From: a virus
Lineage: Duplodnaviria; Caudoviricetes
Reading direction: 5' to 3' (one strand)
IMG/VR virus record: IMGVR_UViG_3300020399_000003
Coordinates: 9,994-73,993 of that record
DNA length: 64,000 nt
In this document: piece after piece, positions 1 to 9,942 of the stretch
How positions within the stretch are numbered: the first letter of the stretch is position 1
Layout of the letters: each line of letters starts with the position of its first letter
Notes under the pieces: generated by a model
The model's input: only the letters and a program-made list of their open reading frames with translations
Told to the model about the DNA's origin: nothing
Database searches by the model: none
Position numbers and translations under genes: made by a program

Positions 1-1524
1 GAAGATTTAAGTAGATATAGTAAGAAAGAACTTCTTAAATATAATCTTATAGATGCATTATCAACTTTTTATTGTTGGGAACAATATCATGACCAATTAG
101 ATTCTCGTCCATATAAAGAAATATTTCAGCCTAGTTTCGTAACATTATTAAAAATGATGTTAGTAGGCTTACCAATGGATTCTAATCGTGTAGACGAAGT
201 TCACACAATTTTAAAATCTAAAGAAAAAGTTCTACTAGAACAAATACAAGAAAATAACCACGTAAAAAATTTCACTAAAATATTACAAGAAACAGCATGT
301 ACAACTGCTAATTCTAAACTTAAAAAATTAGTTAAAACAATAGAACAATTTTACGATGTTAAGTTCAATCCAAGTAGTCATCAACAGTTAGCTCTTTTAT
401 TATTTGGTCATTTACAATTACCTATTTTAGATAAAACTAAATCAGGAGCACCAGCTACTAGTGCAGATGTATTAAAAGATTTAGCTAACCATACACAAGA
501 CGTAGAAATAATAGATCTACTTAAGTTTGTTACAGACTTAGCAGACGTTACGAAGATTAATGGAACATTTATTAAAGCTTTCCTAAAAGAGAAGAATTTC
601 CTACATGGAAATTTGAAACTTGGTGGTACTCAATCTGGAAGGTTGGCAAGTAACTCACCTAACTTGACCAATCTTCCCGCTCATGGGCCTATGGGCAAAC
701 TAATCAAGAGCTGTATTGTAGCTCCTGATGGTTGGCTATTTGCAGGAGCAGACTTTGCTGCTCTTGAAGAACGTATTGGAGCAATACTAAGTAACGATCC
801 TAATAGAATTAAAGTATATACCGATGGTATGGATGGGCATTCAATGAGAGCTTACAAATACTTCTCAGATCAAATGCCAGATATCGATCCTAACGATGTA
901 GATAGCATTAATTCAATCCAAATTAAATATCCTGAGCTGAGACGGAAGTCTAAAGGTCCAACCTTCGCCCTACAATATATGGGCACAGCTCATACCTTAC
1001 ATAAGCGTACTGGCTTTCCTAAAGACCAAGCTAAACAAATCTATGATGCTTTTCATGAATTATATAAAGTTTCTGGTGATTTTAATAATCAGAATAGAAA
1101 ATTTATGGAAGAGCATGGTTATGTTGAATGTGCATTTGGTCTTAAACTGCAAACACCAATTATAACTAAATGTATAATGGGTAATTCAATTACTCCTTAT
1201 GAAGCAGATAAAGAAGCGCGTAGTGCTAATAATGCTGTTACTCAATCTTGGGGCATGCTACTCAATAGAGCTATGAATGCCACTAATAAACGCATTGAAG
1301 AAGCAGGATATGGAACAGATATTCTTCCCTGTAACATGATTCATGATGCAGGTTACTTTATTGTAAGAGATACACCTGAACATATTAAATTTTTAAATGA
1401 TGTTCTTATTGAAGAAATGGAATGGAATGATGATGATGCAATTAGATCAACTGATGTCCCAATGTGTGCTCAATTAGAAATTGGCAAATCATGGGATAAA
1501 TTAACCCCAATTGGAGAAATATGA
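1..1524 (+). CDS. Family A DNA polymerase (N4 gp39-like), 5' end outside window
   Basis: Frame 1 is open from base 1 (ExoIII-like KYNLID). Motif A ADFAALEER, motif B RRKSKGPTFALQY, motif C MIHDAGY, GRLASNSPNLTN. Confidence 0.93.
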   Translation, partial: EDLSRYSKKELLKYNLIDALSTFYCWEQYHDQLDSRPYKEIFQPSFVTLLKMMLVGLPMDSNRVDEVHTILKSKEKVLLEQIQENNHVKNFTKILQETACTTANSKLKKLVKTIEQFYDVKFNPSSHQQLALLLFGHLQLPILDKTKSGAPATSADVLKDLANHTQDVEIIDLLKFVTDLADVTKINGTFIKAFLKEKNFLHGNLKLGGTQSGRLASNSPNLTNLPAHGPMGKLIKSCIVAPDGWLFAGADFAALEERIGAILSNDPNRIKVYTDGMDGHSMRAYKYFSDQMPDIDPNDVDSINSIQIKYPELRRKSKGPTFALQYMGTAHTLHKRTGFPKDQAKQIYDAFHELYKVSGDFNNQNRKFMEEHGYVECAFGLKLQTPIITKCIMGNSITPYEADKEARSANNAVTQSWGMLLNRAMNATNKRIEEAGYGTDILPCNMIHDAGYFIVRDTPEHIKFLNDVLIEEMEWNDDDAIRSTDVPMCAQLEIGKSWDKLTPIGEI

Positions 1525-2810
1525 ATTACACCCCAGATCAAGTATCAGCTATTAATGGTGTAACGGATTTACTCTTAGATCCTACATCCCATAAGTCTGC
1601 TGTACTTGCAGTGCTTACCGGAGCAGCAGGTACCGGAAAAACTACTGTTATCGGGCAAATTATGAACGCTATTAGTAAAAAACAACCCCATACACCTATA
1701 TCTTTATGTGCAACAACTCATAGAGCAGCTGAAGTATTAGAAAATATAGTTCATTATCCTGTATCAACAGGGCATGCTTTATTTAAACTACGTCCTAGTA
1801 TTACTAAACATGGTAAAGAAATTCTTAAACGTGTAGGTATATGTGAAATACCATTTGAATCAATTGTTATTCTTGATGAATCATCAATGATTGGTAATAA
1901 ATTTTTAGAAGCAATTGTTGATATAGTTCAATACAGAAATTTAAAAGTATTATTTGTTGGAGATTATTTTCAACTCCCTCCACCTAAAGATGCATGTAGC
2001 ATATTTGATGGATCATTAGCTACATTCCCACTAACTACAGTACATAGACAAGCATTAGGTAATCCTATCTTAGCTAAAGCTACTGAGTTTGTAGAACATA
2101 TTAAAGGAGGTCCTAAACCTACTATTCAAACTACTTTGAATATAAAAGGTGAAGGCATCCATGTGCTACCACATTCAGAGTTCGTAACTAAATTTGTAGA
2201 ACGGTATATGGACTATGAAACAGGAGCACAAGTAGATATTCCACTATGTACTTATACAAATGATTCTGCAATTAATTATAATAGTATGATTCGTAAAGCA
2301 GCTTACTTTTTAGAAGAAGATACTATTAAACCTTATTACTCAGGTGAACGATTAATTTCTAATAATGTAGTACTAGATGGAGAACATACAATATTAACTA
2401 ATAATGAAGCAATTCATGTCCTTAGTTATACAGAAACTGAAAAATATGCTATCCCAGGCTATACTATTCGAGTTAAAGGAGACTACTGTAAGCATACAGG
2501 AACTGATACAAAAACTGTATTTGCTCCTCAATCTAAAGCAGTAGCTGAAAATATATTAGCTGTCCATAGAGAGACAGCTAAGAAAGCAAATCGTGCAACT
2601 GAGTGGCATAAATTCTATCAGATTAAAAATTCTTTAGCTGATTTACGTCCACCATTTGCAGGAACAACTCACAAAGCTCAAGGTGGAACCTTCCCAGCTG
2701 TATTTATAGATAAACTTAATATTGATAAATGTCGTGATGCAGTTACTAAAGCACGACTATTCTATGTAGCTCTTACTAGAGCAACTACTAATGTGTACAT
2801 AAACAGTTAG
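1521..2810 (+). CDS. SF1 RecD/Dda-like DNA helicase
   Basis: Walker A GAAGTGKTT, ILDES, VGDYFQLPP, HRQ, THKAQGGTF, YVALTRA. Confidence 0.92.
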   Translation: MNYTPDQVSAINGVTDLLLDPTSHKSAVLAVLTGAAGTGKTTVIGQIMNAISKKQPHTPISLCATTHRAAEVLENIVHYPVSTGHALFKLRPSITKHGKEILKRVGICEIPFESIVILDESSMIGNKFLEAIVDIVQYRNLKVLFVGDYFQLPPPKDACSIFDGSLATFPLTTVHRQALGNPILAKATEFVEHIKGGPKPTIQTTLNIKGEGIHVLPHSEFVTKFVERYMDYETGAQVDIPLCTYTNDSAINYNSMIRKAAYFLEEDTIKPYYSGERLISNNVVLDGEHTILTNNEAIHVLSYTETEKYAIPGYTIRVKGDYCKHTGTDTKTVFAPQSKAVAENILAVHRETAKKANRATEWHKFYQIKNSLADLRPPFAGTTHKAQGGTFPAVFIDKLNIDKCRDAVTKARLFYVALTRATTNVYINS

Positions 2811-2819
2811 GAGATAAAT

Positions 2820-2996
2820 ATGGCAATGATGTACGGTGACATTGATAAATCAAAACAAAAACGTAATGATTTAGATATTATAATTAAAAATTTACAAGAT
2901 TTAGTAGATAACACTGATTTTTTCGAAAGACCAGATTTAGAAAAATATGCATGGACAGCATTAGAAACTGCACAAAAATTAAGAAAGGAAATGTAA
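2820..2996 (+). CDS. Small hypothetical protein (58 aa, MAMMYGDIDK...)
   Basis: GGAG RBS before ATG 2820; fills the gap between helicase and nuclease; stop abuts ATG 2997. Confidence 0.65.
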   Translation: MAMMYGDIDKSKQKRNDLDIIIKNLQDLVDNTDFFERPDLEKYAWTALETAQKLRKEM

Positions 2997-3992
2997 ATGG
3001 CATTTGAATACACAAATAAACTTAATATCTCTTTACCATTAGCTGTATTTCTTATGTATGACAGCTATGATCACGATCAGCGTGATAATGTCATTAGCGC
3101 TACTGGACTATTAAGACCTATTAAACAACTAGTATTAACTCAACAAAACAAACATCTAGATACAATTAAAGATGTTAGTGACCTAGTAGCTGCCCGGATG
3201 GGTACTGCTATTCACGATGCTTGTGAAAAATCTTGGTCTAATCGTAATAATGTATTAGAAGCTCTTAAATTAATGGGAGCAGCTGATGGTGTTGTTGATA
3301 GTATTAGAGTCAATCCAGAAGATCCTGACTCATTAGAAGAAGGGCATCTAGCAATTTATGTAGAACAACGAGCTGAAAAAGAAATTATGGATATGATTGT
3401 ATCAGGTAAATACGATTTAGTATTAGATGGTCAATTAAGTGACTATAAATCTACTTCTGTATGGACATATATTTACGGTAGTAAAGTAGAGGACTATATT
3501 AAACAAGGTAGTATTTATAAATGGTTAAGCCCAAGTAAAATTACAGGCGATACAGTCACTATTCATTATATATTCACAGATTGGTCAGCTAGTGCAGCTA
3601 GAAATGATCCTAAACGATATCCTCAACAACGAATTCTCTCTAAAGAATACCCATTATGGAGCATAGAAGAGACTGAAAATTGGATCAAGAACAAACTAGA
3701 ACTTTATCAAACACTTGCACACTCTTCTCAAGAAGAATTGCCAGAATGTACTGATGAAGAGCTATGGGCCACAGAGACTAAATATAAATATTATAAAAAT
3801 CCTGAAAAAACTCTAAAATCTACTAAAAATTTCAGTACAATGGATGCAGCACTAATCAAAAAAGCGGAAGACGGTAACGTTGGAATTATTAAAGAAGTTC
3901 CAGGAGAAGTTAGAGCTTGTCAATATTGCCCCGTAGCACAGATTTGTACACAGGCTGAATTAATGCAGGCAAGTGGACGACTATTACTATAG
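2997..3992 (+). CDS. PD-(D/E)XK (Cas4-like) nuclease, N4 gp42-like
   Basis: GKYDLVLDGQLSDYKS motif, GTAIHD, C-terminal CQYCPVAQIC cysteine cluster. Confidence 0.8.
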   Translation: MAFEYTNKLNISLPLAVFLMYDSYDHDQRDNVISATGLLRPIKQLVLTQQNKHLDTIKDVSDLVAARMGTAIHDACEKSWSNRNNVLEALKLMGAADGVVDSIRVNPEDPDSLEEGHLAIYVEQRAEKEIMDMIVSGKYDLVLDGQLSDYKSTSVWTYIYGSKVEDYIKQGSIYKWLSPSKITGDTVTIHYIFTDWSASAARNDPKRYPQQRILSKEYPLWSIEETENWIKNKLELYQTLAHSSQEELPECTDEELWATETKYKYYKNPEKTLKSTKNFSTMDAALIKKAEDGNVGIIKEVPGEVRACQYCPVAQICTQAELMQASGRLLL

Positions 3993-4073
3993 GGGAGTAC
4001 TATACATTTTAACGGACTCGGCCTTTCTCTGGGGGCACGTGTAGGCTGTTAAAGATGTGTAGTGCTCCTTTTT
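3992..4073 (+). other. Long G-U-rich RNA stem-loop followed by T-run (terminator or processing site)
   Basis: About 24-bp stem GGGGAGTACTATACATTTTAACGG / CTGTTAAAGATGTGTAGTGCTCCTT with G-U pairs and one bulge, then TTT. Confidence 0.6.
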
Positions 4074-4089
4074 AGAGAAAGGTGAAATA

Positions 4090-4488
4090 ATGATTCATGG
4101 TGTAAAAATTTATAAGGGAGACGGAACTTTAAAGGAAGAGATATCGAGTGAAAAAGCTAGAGAATTATATAATGATAGGAATAGAAGTGATTGGGAGTTA
4201 TCTGATACTCAAAGACTTCACTGGGACAGGCAAAAGCTTATTCAGAATCCTAAGGAGCCATATAAGACACAAGGCTTACAGCCGGGGATTGACCGTAATT
4301 ACAAAAGGCATAAAGCGGTTTATAAAATAATATGTAAAATTTGTAAAACAGAAAAATTAATGGCTAATCAAAATGCTAAATTTTGTAGTTCTAAATGCCA
4401 AAGTATTCAGAGAAATTTAAAAGCAAAAAAACTTTACCAAACACGACAGAAATTCAAGAATTTTAATATAAAAAAAGTGCATCTATAG
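4090..4488 (+). CDS. Hypothetical protein with C-terminal CxxC...CxxxC Zn-ribbon
   Basis: ORF with RBS; CKIC and CSSKC; N-terminus resembles ORFs at 37268 and 60721. Confidence 0.6.
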   Translation: MIHGVKIYKGDGTLKEEISSEKARELYNDRNRSDWELSDTQRLHWDRQKLIQNPKEPYKTQGLQPGIDRNYKRHKAVYKIICKICKTEKLMANQNAKFCSSKCQSIQRNLKAKKLYQTRQKFKNFNIKKVHL

Positions 4489-4563
4489 CCTAGCTCTGAT
4501 CACATTGAGTTGTTGAGTTTCAGCTTGTGAAGGGAAAAAAAGACAATGTGTATGCAGCTATAG

Positions 4564-4833
4564 ATGCATTTACTTTTACGAGGTGCCAGCATGCCAATGA
4601 AAAAATTCAAAATAACATTTAATCAAGTTGTTGAAGCAGAGACTGAAAAAGATGCAATAGAATGGTTACTTACTTATTTACATGTAACTGTAAAACACGA
4701 AGAAATTGATGATGGATTTAAAATTGAATTACTTGATTGTCCCAACAAGCTAGAACCCAAGACAGATCACTTACCCGAAAAAGCCCGTAAAACAATACAA
4801 GAAAAATATGGCCTAGGCCGATCAGAAGCATAG
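4564..4833 (+). CDS. Small hypothetical phage protein (true start may be the downstream MKKFKITF)
   Basis: ORF in the co-oriented gene run. Confidence 0.55.
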   Translation: MHLLLRGASMPMKKFKITFNQVVEAETEKDAIEWLLTYLHVTVKHEEIDDGFKIELLDCPNKLEPKTDHLPEKARKTIQEKYGLGRSEA

Positions 4834-4840
4834 TAACTTT

Positions 4841-4916
4841 GCCCTTGTAACTCAAATGGTAGAGTAACTGATGATTAAATCGGTAGTTGGTGGTTCAAAT
4901 CCACCCAAGGGCCCCA
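4841..4916 (+). tRNA. tRNA-like element with an abnormal 8-nt anticodon loop (identity uncertain, Thr-like body)
   Basis: Acceptor GCCCTTG/CAAGGGC, D stem ACTC/GAGT, anticodon stem ACTGA/TCGGT with loop TGATTAAA, T arm GGTGG-TTCAAAT-CCACC, encoded CCA. Confidence 0.7.
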
Positions 4917-4933
4917 TTATTAAAGGAAATATT

Positions 4934-5338
4934 ATGAATACACATGGACAACATCAAATGAGTCTTGGTGCAATTATTAAAGCAATAAGTAAATACGATA
5001 TTCATTTACCTGTATATTTAGATACAGCAGCTAAAGAAAGCCCAGGTACTCCTCATAGTTATAAAGATTACGCTAAAGATTTAGCATTCGAACCTACTAC
5101 AAATATAGTACTAGCAGGAGACTTTGTTTCTGTACTAGCATCTTGCGTAGATAAATCATTTATGGGTTTTGAAGACTCAGATGGATTTTATGCAGATAAA
5201 ATAATGCGTATTAACACTCCATGCTGGATATCCCCAATGGATACAGCAAGTAATCTTGGTATTACTGATGTATTACATAATGGAACTAATATTCTAATTA
5301 TTACAAAACTAATGCCAGAGGAGGTGAGTGATGCATGA
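4934..5338 (+). CDS. Hypothetical phage protein (PGTPHSYKDY...DLAFEP motif)
   Basis: AAGGA RBS before ATG 4934; the track's upstream start at 4871 lies inside the tRNA-like element. Confidence 0.65.
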   Translation: MNTHGQHQMSLGAIIKAISKYDIHLPVYLDTAAKESPGTPHSYKDYAKDLAFEPTTNIVLAGDFVSVLASCVDKSFMGFEDSDGFYADKIMRINTPCWISPMDTASNLGITDVLHNGTNILIITKLMPEEVSDA

Positions 5339-5492
5339 TGATGTACCTTTAAATACTATACAAAAATTAAAATATATAGAAGTTATATTATCTGACGAAG
5401 GAGACATTACAGATCAAGTTTTAATAGATGTAGCTATTCAATTTACAAGAGAATTACAGGAGATAGAAAATGCAAGATCACGAAATGACTGA
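5331..5492 (+). CDS. Small acidic hypothetical protein (53 aa, MHDDVPLNT...)
   Basis: GGAGG upstream; overlaps both neighbours. Confidence 0.5.
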   Translation: MHDDVPLNTIQKLKYIEVILSDEGDITDQVLIDVAIQFTRELQEIENARSRND

Positions 5493-5775
5493 TGTTGAAA
5501 TTATAAAAGATAGAGAAGAAAAGTATGGTCCTCCAAAAGAATGCTTTGAGACATGGGCAACTATCTGCGCAGCATTAGATGACTATGCAAAAGAATCCCC
5601 CTGGGAAAATAAAGCTCATCTATATTCATTAAAGATGGCAGCTTTAAAAATGGTTCGATCCGTATGGAACCCATACACAGACGATAACTACGCAGATGGA
5701 AGAAACTATTTCAGTATCGCTCAACTATGTAGCAGAGATGCCTTAGCCCAAAAAAGAGCAGGAGAAGAAGTATGA
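5470..5775 (+). CDS. Hypothetical protein, DUF6378-like
   Basis: Pattern R-x-x-x-YG-x-P...F...LKM-x-R...DNYAD...NY recalled from a common phage family. Confidence 0.55.
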   Translation: MQDHEMTDVEIIKDREEKYGPPKECFETWATICAALDDYAKESPWENKAHLYSLKMAALKMVRSVWNPYTDDNYADGRNYFSIAQLCSRDALAQKRAGEEV

Positions 5776-7946
5776 CAAAAAAGAAGTACCATCCGTTTTC
5801 AGAACAGATTGTCGATATCCTTGTTAGAAAAGTCAACAATGATAATCGACATTTTTTTCGTATTCTAGTTGGATATTACTTATCTAAAGTAGCATCGATG
5901 ATGCGATGTAATATTCAAACTAATGATAGAGATGTCATTCCAGTTAATACTTATGTATTAAATTTAATGGTATCAGGTACCGGTAAAGGTCATTCAACTA
6001 ATATTTTAGAACGTGAGTTCGTATCTCATTTTAAAAAAGAGTTCTTAAACTCAGTATTCCCTAGAAAAGCAGAAGAGAACATTGAAGTTCTAGCTCAAGA
6101 AAGAGCTCAAGCTCGAATAACGAGTGGACAATCTATTCTTCCATTAACTGAAGAATACGCAATTCAAAAAGATAGGTTCACACATCATTTTGATCGATTA
6201 GGAGAACTAGCATTTAGTTTTGATAGTGGTACTTCACCAGCTGTTAAACAAATGCGAGAGAAATTACTATTAGCTTCTGCAGGTTCAATGAATCTAGAAC
6301 TAGATGAAGTTGGATCTAATATGTCTGCTAATGTAGATGTTCTTAATACATTTCTAGAATTATATGACATAGGCTTAATCAAACAAAAGCTTATTAAGAA
6401 CACGCCAGAGAATATTCGATCTGAAGAACTGCCAGGCAATACACCTACTAATCTAATGATGTTTGGTACTCCAACTAAATTATTGGATGGTGGACGTGTT
6501 GAAGATGAATTTAAACAATTCTTAGAAACAGGTTACGCACGTAGATTACTATTTGGCTACACAGTTGATAGTCATAGAACTCAATATGCATCAGCTGAAG
6601 AACGCTATGCTGAGATGGTAGACATTAATCTAGCTACTAGTATTCATACTATACAAACTGCATTTAGTAACTTTGCAAAAAGACCATTTAATCCTGTATT
6701 ACAGATGTCTAAGGATAACTCTATTTATTTAATTAAATATCAAATGAAATGCGAAGCAACAGCAGATCAATTTAAAGACCATATGGCTTTACATAAAGCA
6801 GAGATGAGTCATAGACATTATAAAAGTCTTAAATTAGCAGGTGCTTATGCATATGCTGATAATTCTCCAGATGTAACACAAGATCACCTAGATTACGCCA
6901 TTAGTGTAGTAGAAGATTCTGGTGAAGCTTTTCATCTACTAATGCGTAAACAAGGACCCTATGAGCGTTTAGCTCATTACTTAGCTGATTGTGATAATGA
7001 AGTTACTCAACATGAACTAATTGAAGAACTACCATTCTATAAAGGCTCTGAATCCCAGCGTAAAGATCTAATGACACTAGCAATGTCCTTTGGCTATAAG
7101 AATAATATTATTATTAAGAGACGAGCCATTGATGATATCGAATTCTTTATTGGTGAAACACTAATAGAAACTAGCTTAGATAAGTTAACTACTTCTATTA
7201 GTAAAGATATTGCACATGATTATGTTCTTGAGCATCCACCATTCGATAAACTCCATAAGCTTACAACTGCTGATGGGTATCACTATGCAGCACATGCATT
7301 TATTAATGGACATCGTAAAAGTGAAAATGCTATTGCAGGATTTGATCTTTTAATTCTAGATTGTGATGGCGATGTAAGTATATCTACAGTTAAAGTTTTA
7401 TTAGAAGACTACAATTTTCTAATCTCAACAACTAAACGACATACACCTGAACTAAATCGATTTAGATTAATACTTCCGTTATCTCATAAGCTAAAGTTAT
7501 CTTCAGATGAGTATTCAAGATTTATGACTAATGTATTCGAATGGTTACCATTCCCAGTAGATGAAGCTGCTAAAGATATTGCACGAAAGTGGGCATCACA
7601 CCCAGGGCACTATGAATACAATCAAGGTAGTGTTATAGATGCAACAATGTTTATTCCAGAAACTAAACGTTCTGATGAGACCAAAGCACAAATCAGTGCA
7701 GCAGGTATGAATAATATTGAACGATGGTTCAGAACTCATACATCTCAAGGTAACAGAGCTAATCATTTATACAGATATGGCATGGTAATGATAGACTCAG
7801 GAATGCATCTAGGTGAAATTGTGGAAAAGCTAGAAAGCTTTAATCATTCACTAGCAGTTCCCTTACCAGAAGATCAATTTATGAACAGTACAGTTAAATC
7901 TATCAGTAAAGAACTAACTAAAAGAGGATTAATAGATGAACAATAA
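5772..7946 (+). CDS. N4 gp43-like DNA primase/replication protein
   Basis: 724 aa; SGTGKGHS P-loop, LDCDG and RFRLILPLS prim-pol-like motifs, C-terminal GNRANHLY (PriCT-like); synteny with gp44 and SSB. Confidence 0.8.
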   Translation: MTKKKYHPFSEQIVDILVRKVNNDNRHFFRILVGYYLSKVASMMRCNIQTNDRDVIPVNTYVLNLMVSGTGKGHSTNILEREFVSHFKKEFLNSVFPRKAEENIEVLAQERAQARITSGQSILPLTEEYAIQKDRFTHHFDRLGELAFSFDSGTSPAVKQMREKLLLASAGSMNLELDEVGSNMSANVDVLNTFLELYDIGLIKQKLIKNTPENIRSEELPGNTPTNLMMFGTPTKLLDGGRVEDEFKQFLETGYARRLLFGYTVDSHRTQYASAEERYAEMVDINLATSIHTIQTAFSNFAKRPFNPVLQMSKDNSIYLIKYQMKCEATADQFKDHMALHKAEMSHRHYKSLKLAGAYAYADNSPDVTQDHLDYAISVVEDSGEAFHLLMRKQGPYERLAHYLADCDNEVTQHELIEELPFYKGSESQRKDLMTLAMSFGYKNNIIIKRRAIDDIEFFIGETLIETSLDKLTTSISKDIAHDYVLEHPPFDKLHKLTTADGYHYAAHAFINGHRKSENAIAGFDLLILDCDGDVSISTVKVLLEDYNFLISTTKRHTPELNRFRLILPLSHKLKLSSDEYSRFMTNVFEWLPFPVDEAAKDIARKWASHPGHYEYNQGSVIDATMFIPETKRSDETKAQISAAGMNNIERWFRTHTSQGNRANHLYRYGMVMIDSGMHLGEIVEKLESFNHSLAVPLPEDQFMNSTVKSISKELTKRGLIDEQ

Positions 7947-8667
7947 TCATTTAGTACTTATTTCAGGGAAATCCAGCTCTGGCAAGAGTGCCAGTCTAAT
8001 GGCTATGGATAATCCTGAAGGTGTTATGTACTTAAATTGCGAAAATGGTAAGAAATTGCCATTTAAAACTAAATTTAAAGAATTAATAGTTACTGATCCA
8101 ATGCAGGTATATCAAGCTTTTGAAGAAGCTGAAAAACCAATGCATAAAGATGTACATACCATTGTAATTGATACACTTACATATCTAATGGATATGTACG
8201 AAAGTACTAAAGTACTTAATGCTACCAATACTATGCAAGCTTGGGGACAGTATGCTCAATACATGAAACAACTCATGTCTCAAGTAGTTGCTAAATCTAC
8301 TAAAAATGTAGTATTTCTAGCTCATACCTCAGATATCCTTAATGAGGCCGAAATGGTTAATGAGACCTTAGTTAAGGTTAAAGGATCACTAATGAATCAA
8401 GGTATTGAGAGCTTCTTTACTACTGTAATATCCACGAAAAAACTTCCACTAACCAAGTTAGATGGTAAATTTGCTAAATCTAAGTTATATGTGATTACAG
8501 AGGAAGATAAAGCTAATGGATTCAAGTATGTCTACCAGACCAGACTTACAAAAGAGACCGTTAATGAGCGAATGAGAGCCCCTATGGGGATGTGGGATAT
8601 GAAGGAGACCTACATAGATAACAATCTTCAAAATGTTGTTAATAGACTTCACGAGTATTATAAGTAG
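7936..8667 (+). CDS. AAA ATPase (N4 gp44 / Sak4-like)
   Basis: Walker A GKSSSGKS, IVIDTLT, FLAHT. Confidence 0.82.
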   Translation: MNNNHLVLISGKSSSGKSASLMAMDNPEGVMYLNCENGKKLPFKTKFKELIVTDPMQVYQAFEEAEKPMHKDVHTIVIDTLTYLMDMYESTKVLNATNTMQAWGQYAQYMKQLMSQVVAKSTKNVVFLAHTSDILNEAEMVNETLVKVKGSLMNQGIESFFTTVISTKKLPLTKLDGKFAKSKLYVITEEDKANGFKYVYQTRLTKETVNERMRAPMGMWDMKETYIDNNLQNVVNRLHEYYK

Positions 8668-8684
8668 TTGTGATAAGATACAAC

Positions 8685-8876
8685 AGAGTACTCTAATGGT
8701 ACCTGCCTTATGGGTTCCTCCTCCTTCATTAGGATACTCTAACGGAAGCGTTATAAATCACTAGTCCTCTATTTTATGATCGCCAGATCATTAGATAGAG
8801 GCAGTTATGTTAGCCACCGGGGGATAGTAGCGGTGAATAAGGCATTAATCTCCCTCTGCCCACTGCTACTATTCTT
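8685..8876 (+). other. Three consecutive stem-loops (structured non-coding region)
   Basis: Inverted repeats at 8685-8740, 8766-8801 and 8820-8876. Confidence 0.55.
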
Positions 8877-8886
8877 CCTCAAGTCC

Positions 8887-8915
8887 TTGATAAATCTACC
8901 TAAATATGCTATTAT
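8887..8915 (+). promoter_or_regulatory. Sigma70-like promoter upstream of the SSB region
   Basis: TTGATA-17 nt-TATTAT. Confidence 0.5.
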
Positions 8916-8947
8916 AGCTAATATTCAGCCTAAGTAAAGGAGCCAGC

Positions 8948-9148
8948 ATGAATTATGATGCAGACAACAAAATGCACCATTTAACTCAAGATATTGTGTT
9001 TAATGCTGTAGAAATAGGTTTTGCAGTAGTACAGGAAGTAGCTGATAAAACATTAGCTACACGACCTAATTTATCTCTTAAAGATTTCACTAAAGTATTA
9101 GAGGATTATCTTATAAAACAAAGAGATATAAATCAGAAAAATGGTTAA
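8948..9148 (+). CDS. Small hypothetical protein
   Basis: AAGGAG RBS, 66-aa ORF. Confidence 0.65.
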   Translation: MNYDADNKMHHLTQDIVFNAVEIGFAVVQEVADKTLATRPNLSLKDFTKVLEDYLIKQRDINQKNG

Positions 9149-9186
9149 ATAGAAGTTAATACCACTATAAGAAAGGATATTAAATT

Positions 9187-9933
9187 ATGAGTGAATGGGA
9201 ACTACCAAAAGGGTGTGAAATGCCTTCAATTGAGCGAGTAGGAGGCGGAGGATTCGCATGGGAATCTGGAGTATATGATGCATCAATTACGATGGCATAT
9301 CTCAATCAGACTACATCTGAAGCCCAATGGTTGAATATTATACTGAAGAACTCTGAAGGTAAAGAAATGAGAGAGAACTTCTGTATTCGATCCGGCAAAG
9401 CTAAAGGGAATAAAGTTTACTATGTTAAAGATGGTAAACAAATTCCACTCCCAGGTTACGCTAGTGCTAACTCTTTATGTGTTGCTGTTACCGGTAAATC
9501 TCTGGCTGAGTGTATGAAGCCTGCTAATAAAGGTGGCACAATCGAAAAGAAGACCATTAATATCTGGAATGTTGAGCTGAAGAAAGAAGCTCCAACAGAA
9601 CGTCCAGTTGTTATGGCTTTAGTTAATAAGTCTGTCAAAGTAGCTGTTCATCAAACTATTGAAGATAAGACTGCTAAAGGTACAAATGGTACTTATGAGC
9701 CTACAGGCGAAACTAGGACTACTAATGAATGTAAGTTCTTTGGTAGTGTCGATAGTGGTAAAACCGCTGAAGAGATTACTAAAGATGAAGACGCTACTAT
9801 GTTTGATCGATGGGCTGCTAAGAATACTGGCACTGTCATTGATAAGAGTAGTAAAGATAAGCCTGCATCAGCTGCAGCTATCATGGGTAGCACTCCTGCT
9901 GAAAGTAATGCACAAGGTTCATTATTTAATTAG
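9187..9933 (+). CDS. Single-stranded DNA-binding protein (N4 gp45-like)
   Basis: Position between gp44-like and RuvC-like genes; ESGVYDASITMAY and LPGYASANSLC pattern; C-terminal SLFN. Confidence 0.72.
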   Translation: MSEWELPKGCEMPSIERVGGGGFAWESGVYDASITMAYLNQTTSEAQWLNIILKNSEGKEMRENFCIRSGKAKGNKVYYVKDGKQIPLPGYASANSLCVAVTGKSLAECMKPANKGGTIEKKTINIWNVELKKEAPTERPVVMALVNKSVKVAVHQTIEDKTAKGTNGTYEPTGETRTTNECKFFGSVDSGKTAEEITKDEDATMFDRWAAKNTGTVIDKSSKDKPASAAAIMGSTPAESNAQGSLFN

Positions 9934-9942
9934 GAGTTTACC

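Noticed and set aside
2997-3992. Cas4-like nuclease as evidence of a CRISPR system
   Set aside because: No array or other cas genes; a standalone copy is standard in N4-like replication blocks.
4841-4916. Genome-wide stop-codon reassignment
   Set aside because: Long genes are open under the standard code and end in TAA, TAG and TGA, so there is no sign of recoding.
4871-4933. Upstream start of the 4871..5338 ORF
   Set aside because: It lies within the tRNA-like element; a better RBS supports ATG 4934.
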